A stretch of 64,000 nt of DNA. It comes from Spirochaetia bacterium (GTDB lineage: Bacteria > Spirochaetota > Spirochaetia > UBA9216). The translations under genes were made by a program, and so were the position numbers. Shown one piece after another: positions 29,639 through 40,569 of the stretch (the stretch's first letter is position 1; each line of letters opens with the position of its first letter). The DNA lies in NCBI GenBank assembly GCA_965140585.1, contig OZ223270.1:645360-709359 (forward strand). The letters are read 5' to 3'. The notes beneath the pieces are model-generated. The model saw nothing but the letters and a program-made list of their open reading frames with translations. It made no database searches and had not been told where the DNA came from.

Positions 29639-31459
29639 CTAACTTTTCTGTTCGATCTGCAGGATCTTATGATTTTTTGAGAAGTATGATATAGCCTCCT
29701 TCATCTTTTCTGCCTGGGTTTCTAGCTCGTTTGAGGTTGCAGCCATCTCTTCTGCTGCTGCAGCGTTATCCTGAATAACCTGATCGAGCTGAGTGATTGA
29801 TGTGCTTATCTGCTCGACACCGGTATACTGCTCCTTACTCGATGCACTTATCTCCTGTACCATCGCCGCGGTTTTACTGATATTCGGAACCATCTCTTTC
29901 AGCATATTGCCGGCCTTTTCAGCACTCGTGGAGGTTGTAGAGGCAAGGGCGGTTATTTCTCCGGCTGCTTCTTGGCTTCGCTGTGCAAGTTTGCCGACTT
30001 CAGCAGCTACAACCGCAAAGCCTTTTCCGTGCTCTCCTGCACGGGCGGCCTCTATCGCTGCATTAAGAGCAAGCATATTTGTCTGCCGGGCTATCTCATC
30101 GATGACCATTATCTTATCTGTTATGTCCTGCATAGCTGTTACTGCGTCGTCTACGGCAGCCCCGCTTTCCTTGGCAATGCGCTCTGATTCCCTGGCCAGT
30201 TTTTCTGTCTCAGCCGCATTCTCGGTACTGGACTGGATATTTGACCGCATTTCTTCCATGGAAGCGGAGACTTCTTCAGCGGATGAGGCCTGAATAGAAT
30301 TCCCTTCACTGACCTTTTCCGCACCCGAGTTTATCTGCAGACTTGTTGTACTGACGCTGTCGGCGGCTTCTCTTACCTCACTGATAACCTCGGAGAGCTT
30401 TGCTCTCATCTCCTCCATTGACATCATAACAGTACCGATCTCATCCAGCCTTGTAACTCTGAATTCAACATCAAGATCACCGTCTTTCATTTTGTCCGAG
30501 GCAATTATTGCAGCGTCGAGGGGTTTGAAAACATATCTGAGGGCCAATATCACAATTACCGCAGCAATGACTGCGCCGATCACTCCAACAATGATAATAA
30601 TAAAAAGAACCGATAAGGCTTGATCCTGAATCTCGGAAGAATCAAGTGTATTACAGATTATAAAATTAAAATCCTCGCTTCTATAGATTGCGGTAAATTT
30701 ATGAACACCGCCCCAAGTATATTCTATTACATCTCCGTTATCCGCGGCCAGAATCTGTTTACCCCAATCATATGTCGGAAGATTGTTGTCGAAAATCTGG
30801 TTCTCGTCAGGATGTATGAATATAAGTCCTTCTTTTGTTATTAGAAACGGATACCCGTTTTTCCCGATGTGAATATTGCTTACAATTCCCTGCCCCATTC
30901 TACCTGCTTCAAGAGCATACCCGAGTATTCCAATTACAGAGCTGCCGTCGGTTACAGGCACTGTAATCAATTGAACTAGTCTGCCGCTTGTAGGCGAAAG
31001 TGCCGGCGCTGAAATAGTCTCCTCTCCGCGCAAGGCATTATCAATATTATCTTTATAGGAATCATTTCTGAACGTTTGTCCTACGGACTTTCCGCCAACA
31101 CTGTCGACAAGTATTATGGAATCTTTCTCCGCACTGGATATAAACATGTTTTCAATATAACCGTTGGCATTATGAAAGGCGCTGAAAAAGCGGCTTATTT
31201 TGTCATATTCTCCGTTTTTAAAATATTCCATATAGGAATCGGCAAAGGTTTCCGCATATCTACTCGATTCCCTGTAATACTGTTCAAATCGCGATCCAAC
31301 CTCCGTCTGAATATTAACCATTTGATTTAAATAAGATGCTTTAATTGTGCTATCTACTCTGGTAAATGTAAATAATCCCGATAATCCGACTAAGGCAACG
31401 ATTACAGCGCATACTGATACAGTTAAAAACATTTTAGAATTACTTTTGCGTAGTCCCAC
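29639..31459 (-). CDS. Methyl-accepting chemotaxis protein (dCache sensor, HAMP)
   Basis: Two TM segments flanking a Cache-like domain ([18 protein letters not shown]). Signalling tip [33 protein letters not shown]. Confidence 0.95.
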   Translation of the reverse strand: MGLRKSNSKMFLTVSVCAVIVALVGLSGLFTFTRVDSTIKASYLNQMVNIQTEVGSRFEQYYRESSRYAETFADSYMEYFKNGEYDKISRFFSAFHNANGYIENMFISSAEKDSIILVDSVGGKSVGQTFRNDSYKDNIDNALRGEETISAPALSPTSGRLVQLITVPVTDGSSVIGILGYALEAGRMGQGIVSNIHIGKNGYPFLITKEGLIFIHPDENQIFDNNLPTYDWGKQILAADNGDVIEYTWGGVHKFTAIYRSEDFNFIICNTLDSSEIQDQALSVLFIIIIVGVIGAVIAAVIVILALRYVFKPLDAAIIASDKMKDGDLDVEFRVTRLDEIGTVMMSMEEMRAKLSEVISEVREAADSVSTTSLQINSGAEKVSEGNSIQASSAEEVSASMEEMRSNIQSSTENAAETEKLARESERIAKESGAAVDDAVTAMQDITDKIMVIDEIARQTNMLALNAAIEAARAGEHGKGFAVVAAEVGKLAQRSQEAAGEITALASTTSTSAEKAGNMLKEMVPNISKTAAMVQEISASSKEQYTGVEQISTSITQLDQVIQDNAAAAEEMAATSNELETQAEKMKEAISYFSKNHKILQIEQKS

Positions 31460-31599
31460 TAGTATCCTCCTGAAATATTATGAAATATCTTATTAATATT
31501 CTTATAATTAATATTCTATTTATTTTATTGCCCCGTTCAAGCAAATCAGTAAAAAAAGATTTTTTTTATGGGAATTGAGGAATTCTGCATAATATGGTG

Positions 31600-31730
31600 T
31601 TAAATATTGAACCGAGTAGGGAGCATATGAAGCTGAATATGATTTGATTATCACCTGGAATTTTAAAGTCGTAAAATTACCATATAAGAGCTGTTTAAAG
31701 TGCCGGTTTAGAAAACTAACCCACGAGGTT
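31600..31730 (-). mobile_element. Second IS left-end remnant (same family as 20446-20918)
   Basis: Aligns with ~20790-20918 (e.g. GAAGCTGAA(C/T)ATGATTTGATTAT...TTACC...CCGG). The minus strand reads IFSFICSLL versus MFSFLCFLL. Confidence 0.65.
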
Positions 31731-31869
31731 TAATGAGGTAAGATGTCCCTATTAGTGTTAATAAAGCCATAGCACGAGACTCGTGATTTTATTCTTAGAT
31801 ATATATTAATTTTAGTTTTTTTTATCTTTTATATTAATGTTATGATATATATTATGAAAATAAGGTAAA

Positions 31870-33849
31870 ATGCATAAAAACAAAACCAATACATCTGCTA
31901 ATTTATCTGCCAAACTGGTTGTCTTTCAGAGAATCAATACAGTAAGAGAAGTGTCGATAATTGTCGGTCTAGTACTTTTGATTGCGACAGGAATCAATGA
32001 GGTTGTATTTAGTAACACAATGACGCTAAGAGAACTTGGCATAATGCTTTTGGCAATAATTCCTTTCTTTACAGCAGCCTTCATCAACGCATCACATCCT
32101 TTTAATAGCCGGATAAACTATCCTTTCTTGGGCATTCTTCCCTTTGTTGCTGTAGGTGCCAGCGCATTTTGCGGAAACCGACCCTTTACCGTTATGAATT
32201 CGATTCTTTGGCTCTATGTATGTTCGGGAATTTCATATAAACGTGCTTTTTTTCTTAATATTCTTTTACTTATATTCTATCTTGTTCTCGATTATTTTAT
32301 CTCACACTTTACCGCTGAAATGCGCATCTATAGCAATATCTATCTTAACGGAGGCTCCGTATTCGGATTTATATCTGCCTATAATCAGCAGAATATTCAA
32401 GAGGAGCTTAAACATCAGCACAAACTTGCCGTAACATCAGCACAGGAACTTGAGGACAAGCTTAACTATAAAACCGAACTGTATACCGGGCTTGCACATG
32501 AAGTAAAAACACCGTTAACGATTATCAGACATTACTTTTCTAAATACAGAAAAAATAATAATGATTCAAGAGAACTGCAAATTCTTCAGGATAATCTGGA
32601 TAAACTGGAAAGACAGATTGTTAATTTTCTCAAATATGAAAGAGAACATATCCTCTCAAGTGATTCTGAGAAAAATGAGGGACACGGGTACTGTGGCCTC
32701 AGCTCTCTCATCCAAAAGAATATTCCGCTTCTGCAATTATATTTCGAACGTAAAAATGTTAAGCTGTCTGCTGATATTGAACCTAATATTATCGTCGGCA
32801 TAACCCAGATTGACTGCGAACACATCTTTCTAAACCTGATAGAGAACGCACTTAGATACACCCCCACAGGCGGCACTGTTTCCATCTTGCTCAACAAAGA
32901 GGGAGAACGCGCTTTATTAAAGATATCCGACACCGGAATCGGTATTGAACCTGAATACATCGACAAGATCTTTGAACCCCATATCCAGATAAAAGACATC
33001 AGTTCTTCGAAACAAGGATTTGGAATGGGTCTTTTTATTGTGAAGACTATTATAACGCGTGTAAACGGAAATATTAAGGTAGATTCAATACCGGGAGAGG
33101 GCTCACTGTTTACCGTAGCTCTTCCTGTAGAAGATTCAGTGGATGATGGTGGAACAGTATCAGACCTGATCCTCCCCATCAATTTCACAGGGGTTACGAA
33201 AGCAGAGAAAAAGATTAAATGCTACAACACTGAAGGCGAAGCACAAAAACTGATGATTGTTGAAGACAATGATGATCTTAGAGATTTTCTTGAAGAGTAT
33301 CTTTCAGATGAATATGATGTGCTTTCCTTTAGAAACGGACAGCACGCATTATTCAATATAGATCAAGGCAATATACCCGATATAATTATCTCGGATATAT
33401 ACATGGATGAAATGGACGGACTGACCCTTTTGGACAACTTTAACGAACGCTTTCCAAAATCATCCGTTCCTTTTGTATTCATCTCTGCGGATGATACCGA
33501 AAGAATGCGTCTAACAGGACTCGGAAAGGGGGCCGTTGATTATATTGTAAAACCGTTTAGCCCTGAAGAATTGAGAATGAAGATTGCATTATGGCTGTCT
33601 CTTTTTTCTCCTCAAAAAGATGAAGAACTGGAAAGAATCAATAAGCTTTCAAATAAATACGGACTGACGGCTAAAGAAAATCAGATAGTCCTGATGATAA
33701 CACAGGGACATTCAAGGAAGAAAATATCAGAAAAGCTTTTTATAAGTCTTAACACAGTCAAAACCCATATTACTTCAATCTATCAAAAATGCAATGTAAG
33801 CAGTAGAGATGAATTAATAGAATTCATCCGAAATATTCAAACAAAATAA
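31870..33849 (+). CDS. Single-chain hybrid regulator: TM sensor-HisKA-HATPase-REC-LuxR HTH
   Basis: About 5-6 TM segments. Motifs AHEVKTPL, NLIENALRYT, DTGIGI, GFGMGL, IVEDND..ISDIYMD..KPF, and LTAKENQIV..LFISLNTVKTHITSIYQK. Confidence 0.9.
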   Translation: MHKNKTNTSANLSAKLVVFQRINTVREVSIIVGLVLLIATGINEVVFSNTMTLRELGIMLLAIIPFFTAAFINASHPFNSRINYPFLGILPFVAVGASAFCGNRPFTVMNSILWLYVCSGISYKRAFFLNILLLIFYLVLDYFISHFTAEMRIYSNIYLNGGSVFGFISAYNQQNIQEELKHQHKLAVTSAQELEDKLNYKTELYTGLAHEVKTPLTIIRHYFSKYRKNNNDSRELQILQDNLDKLERQIVNFLKYEREHILSSDSEKNEGHGYCGLSSLIQKNIPLLQLYFERKNVKLSADIEPNIIVGITQIDCEHIFLNLIENALRYTPTGGTVSILLNKEGERALLKISDTGIGIEPEYIDKIFEPHIQIKDISSSKQGFGMGLFIVKTIITRVNGNIKVDSIPGEGSLFTVALPVEDSVDDGGTVSDLILPINFTGVTKAEKKIKCYNTEGEAQKLMIVEDNDDLRDFLEEYLSDEYDVLSFRNGQHALFNIDQGNIPDIIISDIYMDEMDGLTLLDNFNERFPKSSVPFVFISADDTERMRLTGLGKGAVDYIVKPFSPEELRMKIALWLSLFSPQKDEELERINKLSNKYGLTAKENQIVLMITQGHSRKKISEKLFISLNTVKTHITSIYQKCNVSSRDELIEFIRNIQTK

Positions 33850-33877
33850 CTGAAAAGATGCATACTATATTATATAG

Positions 33878-36517
33878 ATGATTGAAGAAGTCATTGCAAC
33901 AAAGCTTTATCGACCGCATATAAAACAGAAGATCGTAAAGCGAAAAAGACTGATAAAAAAACTTAATAGTGGGTTTGACGGAAGTGTAATACTGGTTTCC
34001 GCACCGGCAGGCTTTGGAAAAACCACCGTGATTAGCGGCTGGATTGAGGACTGCCGACAGGCGGCGGCTTGGCTCTCAATCGACAAAGCCGATAATGATC
34101 CTGCGGTATTTCTGATTTATCTTGTTTCTGCCTTGCGAACAATCGACAGAAGAATCGGCGATACTCTACTTTCAACTCTTCAAGCCTCAGATTCTCCGGA
34201 TGTCAGAAATGTGCTTGCGCGGATTATAAATGATCTATCCGCTGTGGAAGATGATGTGCTTCTGGTTATTGATGATTATCATTTAATTACATCGGCAAAG
34301 ATCCATGATATCCTCATGTTTCTTATCGATCATATGCCCTCCAATATGTACTTAGTTATTTCGACAAGAGAAGATCCTCCTCTGAATCTTGTTCGCCTGC
34401 GCGGGGCAGGACAACTTTTAGAGCTGCGGGCAAAGGATTTGCGTTTTACTCTGCCGGAGATCGAGGAGTTTTTTTGCACGATTATGAATACAAACATTGC
34501 CAAAAACCAGCTCGAGGTGATAGAACAGCAGAGCGAGGGATGGATTGCCGGGCTCAAGCTTGCGGCTATATCCATGAAGGAAAGTAACGACCAAGAATCT
34601 TTAAATGATTTTTTTCAGGCAAGCAATCCTTATATAATGGATTACCTTGTGCAGGAAGTCTTAAAAAGGCAGCCTGAGGATATTCAGAATTTCCTCCTGG
34701 GGATATCGGTTCTGGACAGGTTTTGTGCGCCTCTGTGCGATGCAGTCTTGCGTCCCCTTTCTCTCGCCAGTCAAAGAACCCTTGAGCAGATCCAACAGAA
34801 AAATCTGTTCGTAATACCGGTCGATGATCAAGGTAAATGGTATAGATATCATCATCTTTTTAAGGCCGCCCTGTATAAAAAACTACAAAAACTCCATGCA
34901 GACTCGGAACCGGGAATCGAAGAATTTCATAAACGGGCTTCCGTGTGGTTTGAGGATAATCAGTTATATCCGGAAGCCCTTAATCACGCCGCAATGGCTA
35001 AGGATTACGATTCTGTCGTCAGATTAATATCAGACAGCAAGATACATATTCACAAAAAAACCGTTATGAGCAATGTCCTGAATATTTTAAACTCGCTGCC
35101 CCGGACAGTCTTTTCCGCATATCCGATACTTCAGATTGAAATCGCGACTGTGACGCTCGCAACCGGAAAAACCGATGGCGTAGAGGAAAACTTAGATGAA
35201 GCGGAAGATATTCTGCAGAAAAGTCCTGCAACAAAAACCAACCTCGATCTACAGGGGCGTATTGCCGCGGCAAGATCTACACTGGCGTTTACCAGTTATC
35301 AGTTTAACGAGATTATAAAGCAGTCCGAACTGGCATTGGAATTACTTGATAAACAAAGTCAAAGCCACCGGGCTACAGCTTTTTGGACAAAGGCGAATGC
35401 TCTCGAGTTGAGCGGGCGGGTTGAGGAGGCTGCGGCATTCTATGATAAAGCTTACGGCCTCAGCAGAAAGATCGGAAATACCTTTCTTCTCGGTCTTAGC
35501 CTGATAGGCAGGGCAAGGATTTGTGAATACAAGAATGATCTGCACGGAGCGGAAAAATTATTCAGTGAGGTAATAAAGTTGTTCAAGAACCATCTTATTC
35601 CCGTAGTCGGCGAGGCGTATATGGGGCTTGCACGTGTTCTATACCAATGGAATAGACTTGATGCAGCCTATGAAATAGTAAATAAAAGCCTTGAACTTAC
35701 TAAGCTCTATGAAGAAAAGATGGATCGCTATATTGTATCCGAGGTTCTTATGGCTACCGTTTTACTTGCCATGAATGAAACGGATGATGCCGTTGAGATG
35801 CTGGAAAAGACTGCACTTGTTGTACGTCAAAAAAATTTCAGCATCAGATTTTCAGAAGTTGCTGCAGCCAGAACTCTTGCCTATCTTAGACAGGGACGCA
35901 TTGATGAAGCAGAGAGTGCTGCCGACAGTACCGAGTTTCCTCTTCCGTCAGTTAAAGTTCTTATAGCCAAGGGACATTCGAAACAAGCTTTGATTTTGCT
36001 GGACGCATATAAAAAAGAGCTGTTAGAAAAGGGCTTTGAATTTGAATTGCTGAAAATAAATATACTTGAGGCCGAGGCCCTGAGTATTAATGGAAACAAT
36101 GAGCAGTCGCTTCAGAATTTATCGGAAGCGCTGACAGTTGCCGAACACGGCGGTTTTATACGTCTTTTTGTCGATGAAGGCGATGTGATCAAAGAATTAC
36201 TAATTGAACTCCGAACCCGACGGTTTAAATCGGGATATATAGACAGCATCCTTGACTCTTTCAATGAAGAAGCAAAGAGGCCGAATGCCTTAGCGAGCAC
36301 AACTGTCGGGATTCTGGTTGAACCGTTAACACCCCGTGAGTTGGAAATACTGAATCTTATTGCTGAAGGACTTTCCAATCATCAGATTGCATCGAGTTTA
36401 AATCTTGCGCTTGATACCGTTAAAGGACATAACAGGAATATTTTCAGCAAGCTTCAAGCCGGCAGACGAACTGAGGCCGTTGCCAGGGCGAGAGCCATCG
36501 GACTTTTTAAAAAATAA
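33878..36517 (+). CDS. MalT-like (STAND ATPase-TPR-LuxR) transcriptional regulator
   Basis: IATKLYRP, Walker A APAGFGKTT, Walker B LVIDDYH, EGWIAGL, WYRYHHLF, and C-terminal LTPRELEIL..LALDTVKGHNRNIFSKL. Confidence 0.93.
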   Translation: MIEEVIATKLYRPHIKQKIVKRKRLIKKLNSGFDGSVILVSAPAGFGKTTVISGWIEDCRQAAAWLSIDKADNDPAVFLIYLVSALRTIDRRIGDTLLSTLQASDSPDVRNVLARIINDLSAVEDDVLLVIDDYHLITSAKIHDILMFLIDHMPSNMYLVISTREDPPLNLVRLRGAGQLLELRAKDLRFTLPEIEEFFCTIMNTNIAKNQLEVIEQQSEGWIAGLKLAAISMKESNDQESLNDFFQASNPYIMDYLVQEVLKRQPEDIQNFLLGISVLDRFCAPLCDAVLRPLSLASQRTLEQIQQKNLFVIPVDDQGKWYRYHHLFKAALYKKLQKLHADSEPGIEEFHKRASVWFEDNQLYPEALNHAAMAKDYDSVVRLISDSKIHIHKKTVMSNVLNILNSLPRTVFSAYPILQIEIATVTLATGKTDGVEENLDEAEDILQKSPATKTNLDLQGRIAAARSTLAFTSYQFNEIIKQSELALELLDKQSQSHRATAFWTKANALELSGRVEEAAAFYDKAYGLSRKIGNTFLLGLSLIGRARICEYKNDLHGAEKLFSEVIKLFKNHLIPVVGEAYMGLARVLYQWNRLDAAYEIVNKSLELTKLYEEKMDRYIVSEVLMATVLLAMNETDDAVEMLEKTALVVRQKNFSIRFSEVAAARTLAYLRQGRIDEAESAADSTEFPLPSVKVLIAKGHSKQALILLDAYKKELLEKGFEFELLKINILEAEALSINGNNEQSLQNLSEALTVAEHGGFIRLFVDEGDVIKELLIELRTRRFKSGYIDSILDSFNEEAKRPNALASTTVGILVEPLTPRELEILNLIAEGLSNHQIASSLNLALDTVKGHNRNIFSKLQAGRRTEAVARARAIGLFKK

Positions 36518-36524
36518 AAAATCA

Positions 36525-36536
36525 ACACTTTAGTGT
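36525..36536 (+). promoter_or_regulatory. Palindromic operator ACAC-TTTA-GTGT (candidate MalT-like regulator site)
   Basis: Immediately after the regulator stop codon, 22 nt upstream of a TACTAT -10-like hexamer (36559-36564), in front of the DUF6326-like gene. Confidence 0.55.
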
Positions 36537-36604
36537 CATCACAAAACCTCCTCATTATTACTATCTTAAAAGCCAAAATACTATATTGCTTTCGAGGTGT
36601 TTAT

Positions 36605-36979
36605 ATGGAAAAACGGAAAATTGTTCTTTCAAGCCTATGGATTTTTGTATTAATAAACATGATTTATGCGGATATTCTATCCCTTATGGATCCTTCCTCA
36701 CCAATACGGAGCATAATGACAGGAGAGCCTGTTCCGACAGGCGGATTATTAGCCGGAGCTATACTAATGGAAACGGCTGTAGTAATGATTATTCTTTCAC
36801 TGGTATTGAGGTATAAGGCAAACCGGTGGGTAACTTCTGTTATGTGTGTGATTAACACCTTTGCTGTTATTACAGGAGGCCATGGCAGTTATTATTTATT
36901 TTTTGCATCGGCAGAAGTATTATGTTTGGGTATAATTTTCTGGATGGCATGGACGAAGCCGAAACAAGAAGATGGCTGA
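36605..36979 (+). CDS. Small 4-TM membrane protein (DUF6326-like)
   Basis: ATG at 36605 after GAGGTG. Pattern LSSLWIFVLINMIYADI..ME..MIILS..KANRW..YYLFFASAEV. Confidence 0.7.
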   Translation: MEKRKIVLSSLWIFVLINMIYADILSLMDPSSPIRSIMTGEPVPTGGLLAGAILMETAVVMIILSLVLRYKANRWVTSVMCVINTFAVITGGHGSYYLFFASAEVLCLGIIFWMAWTKPKQEDG

Positions 36980-37015
36980 TTAGATTTCTTGATAGAGATA
37001 TCATATAATTTTAAT

Positions 37016-38989
37016 ATGAAAACTGATTTTCAAGATGAAAAGTTAAATATCATAGGCAAGCTGGATACTCTCCGGAAACTGTCGGTAATTATCGGGTTTA
37101 TTCTACTTTTAACTACATCATTCCTGGAATATTTTTTTTCCGATACAAGAACAACAGTACAATTCATTTTTATTCTTTTTGTTTCGATCCCCGTGTTTTC
37201 AGCTGGTTTGTATAATATATATCATCCGTTTAAGGGTAGGATACCCTATCCTTTCCTGGCCGTAATAGCTCCGCTTGCTGCAATTCTTGGGCTTATCGGC
37301 GGAAGCCTTCAATATACATATCCGCTTGGAATAGCCTTTGTGATTCTTTGGCTGTATGTAGGTATAGGCAGCTCTTATTGGCTCAGCCTTCTGCTTAATA
37401 TCCTGATAATAGTATCCTATATTGTTGCGGATGTTTTCTATATTAAATATTCTATTGAATACAGGGCCTTTATTCTTATCTTTATCTTTGGAATCTCGCT
37501 AATAGGTTTTCTTGCGTCTTATATTCTGCAGAGTGTTCAGGAAGAACTTAATAAGCAGCATAAGATTGCTGTTTCATCTGCCAAAGATTTGGAGAAGGAG
37601 CTTCAGCGTAAGAGTGATATCTACACCACCCTGGCTCATGAAGTTAAAACGCCGCTTACGATAATAAGGCATTATTTTTCAAAGTATCGACAGAACAATG
37701 TTGATTCTGTTGAACTTAGAATCCTTCAGGATAATCTGGACAAACTAGAGCGTCAGATGGTCAGTTTGTTGAAATTTGAGCGTGAATTATTGAATTCGGA
37801 AAATGAAAATACGTCTATCAGTACAGGTGAGTGTAATATTGGCAATCTTGTTGAAAAGAATCTGCCTCTTCTAAGATCCTATTTTGCCAGAAAAGAAATA
37901 TCGCTGGATGTTGAGCTTGAAGATGGGATGTTAATAAAGCTTTCTCAAATTGACGCTGAGCATGTACTGCTTAATCTATTGGAAAACGCTTTAAGATATA
38001 CGGAATCTAAGGGCCGGGTTCGGCTTGAGATTAGATCCACAGATGAGTATCAGGTGTTATTGAGCATTTCTGATAACGGAATAGGTATAGATAAGACGTT
38101 AAGGGAGAGCATTTTTGAACCGTATGTCCAGATTGATGGAATCAAATCTTCAAAACAGGGCCTTGGTTTAGGCCTGGTTATTGTCAAGAAGATAGTCGAG
38201 CGCTGCGGCGGAAGTATCAGCGTCGAATCTGAACCCGGAGAAGGAACTGAGTTCCGGGTTTTGCTGCCAAAATCTGAAAAAATCGACTATGAACCTGCTT
38301 CGGCCTTTATTATTCCCTTTAATGCTGCCGGATATGATAAAGATGCTGTTGAGACTATAAAATCAAAAAACGGGAACTCCGGCAACAAGATTTTTATTGT
38401 TGAGGATAATGATGATCTTCGAAATTTTCTAACAGAGTATCTGTCCTCTGCCTTCCAAATAACTGCATTTTCTAATGGACAGCAGGCTCTTTCAGGAATG
38501 AGCAATGGAGATCTTCCTGAACTGATAGTTTCCGATGTTTATATGGATGAGATGGACGGACTTACTCTTTTAGATAATATAGAATCAAGATTCCATGATG
38601 CACATATTCCTTTTATTTTTATTTCAGCAGATGATACTGAACAAATGCGCTTAACCGGTTTGGGAAAGGGTGCTGTAGACTACATCGTAAAACCTTTCAA
38701 TCCACAGGAACTCAAAACAAAAATCTCGACATGGATTTGTCTTTTGTCGGGTATGAAGGAATATGAAAAAGAAGTCATCAATATATTGGAATCAGAATAC
38801 GGTCTAAGTCCGAGAGAAAATCAGGTAGCCGCAATGCTTATTCAAGGATTGTCCCGGAAAATGATCTCAGAAAGGCTTTTTATCAGTATGAATACCGTAA
38901 AAACCCATATCGCTTCGATATATCTAAAATGTATGGTTTCTAATAAAGAAGAGTTCATATTAAAATTCGAACAACCTTCGCCGGCATAA
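37016..38989 (+). CDS. Second single-chain hybrid regulator: TM sensor-HisKA-HATPase-REC-LuxR HTH
   Basis: Paralogue of 31870..33849, with identical LAHEVKTPLTIIRHYFSKYR and LQDNLDKLERQ, and HTH LFISMNTVKTHIASIYLK. Start could alternatively be 36989. Confidence 0.9.
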   Translation: MKTDFQDEKLNIIGKLDTLRKLSVIIGFILLLTTSFLEYFFSDTRTTVQFIFILFVSIPVFSAGLYNIYHPFKGRIPYPFLAVIAPLAAILGLIGGSLQYTYPLGIAFVILWLYVGIGSSYWLSLLLNILIIVSYIVADVFYIKYSIEYRAFILIFIFGISLIGFLASYILQSVQEELNKQHKIAVSSAKDLEKELQRKSDIYTTLAHEVKTPLTIIRHYFSKYRQNNVDSVELRILQDNLDKLERQMVSLLKFERELLNSENENTSISTGECNIGNLVEKNLPLLRSYFARKEISLDVELEDGMLIKLSQIDAEHVLLNLLENALRYTESKGRVRLEIRSTDEYQVLLSISDNGIGIDKTLRESIFEPYVQIDGIKSSKQGLGLGLVIVKKIVERCGGSISVESEPGEGTEFRVLLPKSEKIDYEPASAFIIPFNAAGYDKDAVETIKSKNGNSGNKIFIVEDNDDLRNFLTEYLSSAFQITAFSNGQQALSGMSNGDLPELIVSDVYMDEMDGLTLLDNIESRFHDAHIPFIFISADDTEQMRLTGLGKGAVDYIVKPFNPQELKTKISTWICLLSGMKEYEKEVINILESEYGLSPRENQVAAMLIQGLSRKMISERLFISMNTVKTHIASIYLKCMVSNKEEFILKFEQPSPA

Positions 38990-39017
38990 ATAAAATAATA
39001 GACTGAAAATATCAAAT

Positions 39018-39034
39018 TCACCTTTTTTGGGTGA
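39018..39034 (+). promoter_or_regulatory. TCACC-N7-GGTGA operator, copy 1
   Basis: TCACCTTTTTTGGGTGA, 22 nt before TAATTT (39057-39062), upstream of the lipoprotein operon. Confidence 0.7.
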
Positions 39035-39092
39035 TGTGAAACCAATTGAGAGATGCTAATTTACTCTGCGTTATTAACTTCAGGAGAATAAT

Positions 39093-40529
39093 ATGAAAAG
39101 AGTTTTTGTTCCTATTGGGGTCCTCATGATTATAACATGCGGCTTTTTTCTGTCTTGTCAGCAGGATCAGTATATTGGTCAGAAAGGAACACCTATTGGC
39201 TCGGTTGATATAGACGGCGACGGAACTTCCGACGGTACTGCAATCGATGTTAACGGTGACGGCGCGGCGGATGGTGTTGATACCAATGGAGATGGAACAA
39301 TCGATGATTCATGGTCGGATGAGTATAAGATTATCGACAATGCAAATGATACAGATACAACAGCTCCGGGAGATATCATTGACCTGAAGATGACATCTGT
39401 TGGATCTAAGGATTCTTCGCAACAGGCCATATTCAGTTGGAATGATCCTTCCGACAGCGATTTTTCTACTGTATCTGTTACCGTCTTTGACTGGACTACC
39501 GGTGATAATTGGACAGATTCCGTCAAGAAAGATGTAGAAACCTACAAACTCAGCAGCATTAATGACTTTGACCGATGTACTCTTACTTTTAAGACTGGGG
39601 ACACTGCAGGCAATCTTTCATCAGGAAAGAGCTTTGATGTTTACTATCATGCAGATACTGCGGTTACCCCCACATATATTACCAGCGGAACAGATCTGCA
39701 TACAAGCCTGACCAGTAATTTAAACGGTTACTACATCCTTGATGCCGATGTTGATCTTAACGGGGTAAGCTGGGCCCCTGTAGGACCTTTCACGGGAGTG
39801 CTGGACGGTAACGGCCATACAATTTCCAACCTGAACACTCTTGATATCTCTGATACCAATTTACATGACCTGGGGCTTTTCGGTGTGATTGAGTCAAACG
39901 CAATGGTTATGAACCTTAGATTGAAAGACCTCGCAATAGATATCAGCTCAAGTAATATTTACCGCGGCGGTAGTTTAGCCGGAATTAATGAAGGGAATAT
40001 TGCAAATTGCAGCGCAACCGGAAGTATTGCGGCTACATCCAATACTCAGCTTGGAGGATTTCTTGGTAATAATAGCGGTGGTGCTATTGATAGATGTTAT
40101 GCTTCTGTTAAGGTAACGACAGCGTCTATTTATGCCGGAGGGTTTGTTGCGCAAAACAATATATACGGTACAATCAAAAACTCATATGCCACCGGAGACG
40201 TCAGCAGCACTGCCGACTATTTGGGCGGCTTTGCCGGCGAATCCGGCGGAAGTTTTTCATATTGCTATTCATCCGGTCCGGTAAGTACAACACTTTCAAA
40301 TCCATCATATAGGGGCGGATTTTGCGGATCATATACAAACTCTGCAACTTCCTATCGGATTTATTTTAATTCTAACTCAGATTCGACGCTTGTAGATAAA
40401 CACGCTGTCGATATTGATCTCACAAATAAAGATTCTTTTACAGGTTTTTTTGATCTTATTCCCAACGCATGGTCAATCAGCAGCTCAGTTAACGGTGGTA
40501 TGCCTTATATTACCAATCTTCAACCGTAG
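39093..40529 (+). CDS. GLUG-repeat surface lipoprotein with N-terminal DxDGDG loops (paralogue 1)
   Basis: Lipobox FLSC. Three DxD/NGDG loops, an Fn3-like domain, FTGVLDGNGHTISNL, GG(L/F)AG repeats, and C-terminal WSISSSVNGGMPYITNLQP. Confidence 0.8.
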   Translation: MKRVFVPIGVLMIITCGFFLSCQQDQYIGQKGTPIGSVDIDGDGTSDGTAIDVNGDGAADGVDTNGDGTIDDSWSDEYKIIDNANDTDTTAPGDIIDLKMTSVGSKDSSQQAIFSWNDPSDSDFSTVSVTVFDWTTGDNWTDSVKKDVETYKLSSINDFDRCTLTFKTGDTAGNLSSGKSFDVYYHADTAVTPTYITSGTDLHTSLTSNLNGYYILDADVDLNGVSWAPVGPFTGVLDGNGHTISNLNTLDISDTNLHDLGLFGVIESNAMVMNLRLKDLAIDISSSNIYRGGSLAGINEGNIANCSATGSIAATSNTQLGGFLGNNSGGAIDRCYASVKVTTASIYAGGFVAQNNIYGTIKNSYATGDVSSTADYLGGFAGESGGSFSYCYSSGPVSTTLSNPSYRGGFCGSYTNSATSYRIYFNSNSDSTLVDKHAVDIDLTNKDSFTGFFDLIPNAWSISSSVNGGMPYITNLQP

Positions 40530-40569
40530 TTGGTCAAAAGGTATTTAAATTTTTTCAAGGAGTTTTGTA

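Noticed and set aside
20790-31730. ~120-bp diverged repeat as a novel ncRNA or att site
   Set aside because: It is explained as the left end and first codons of an IS transposase on the minus strand.
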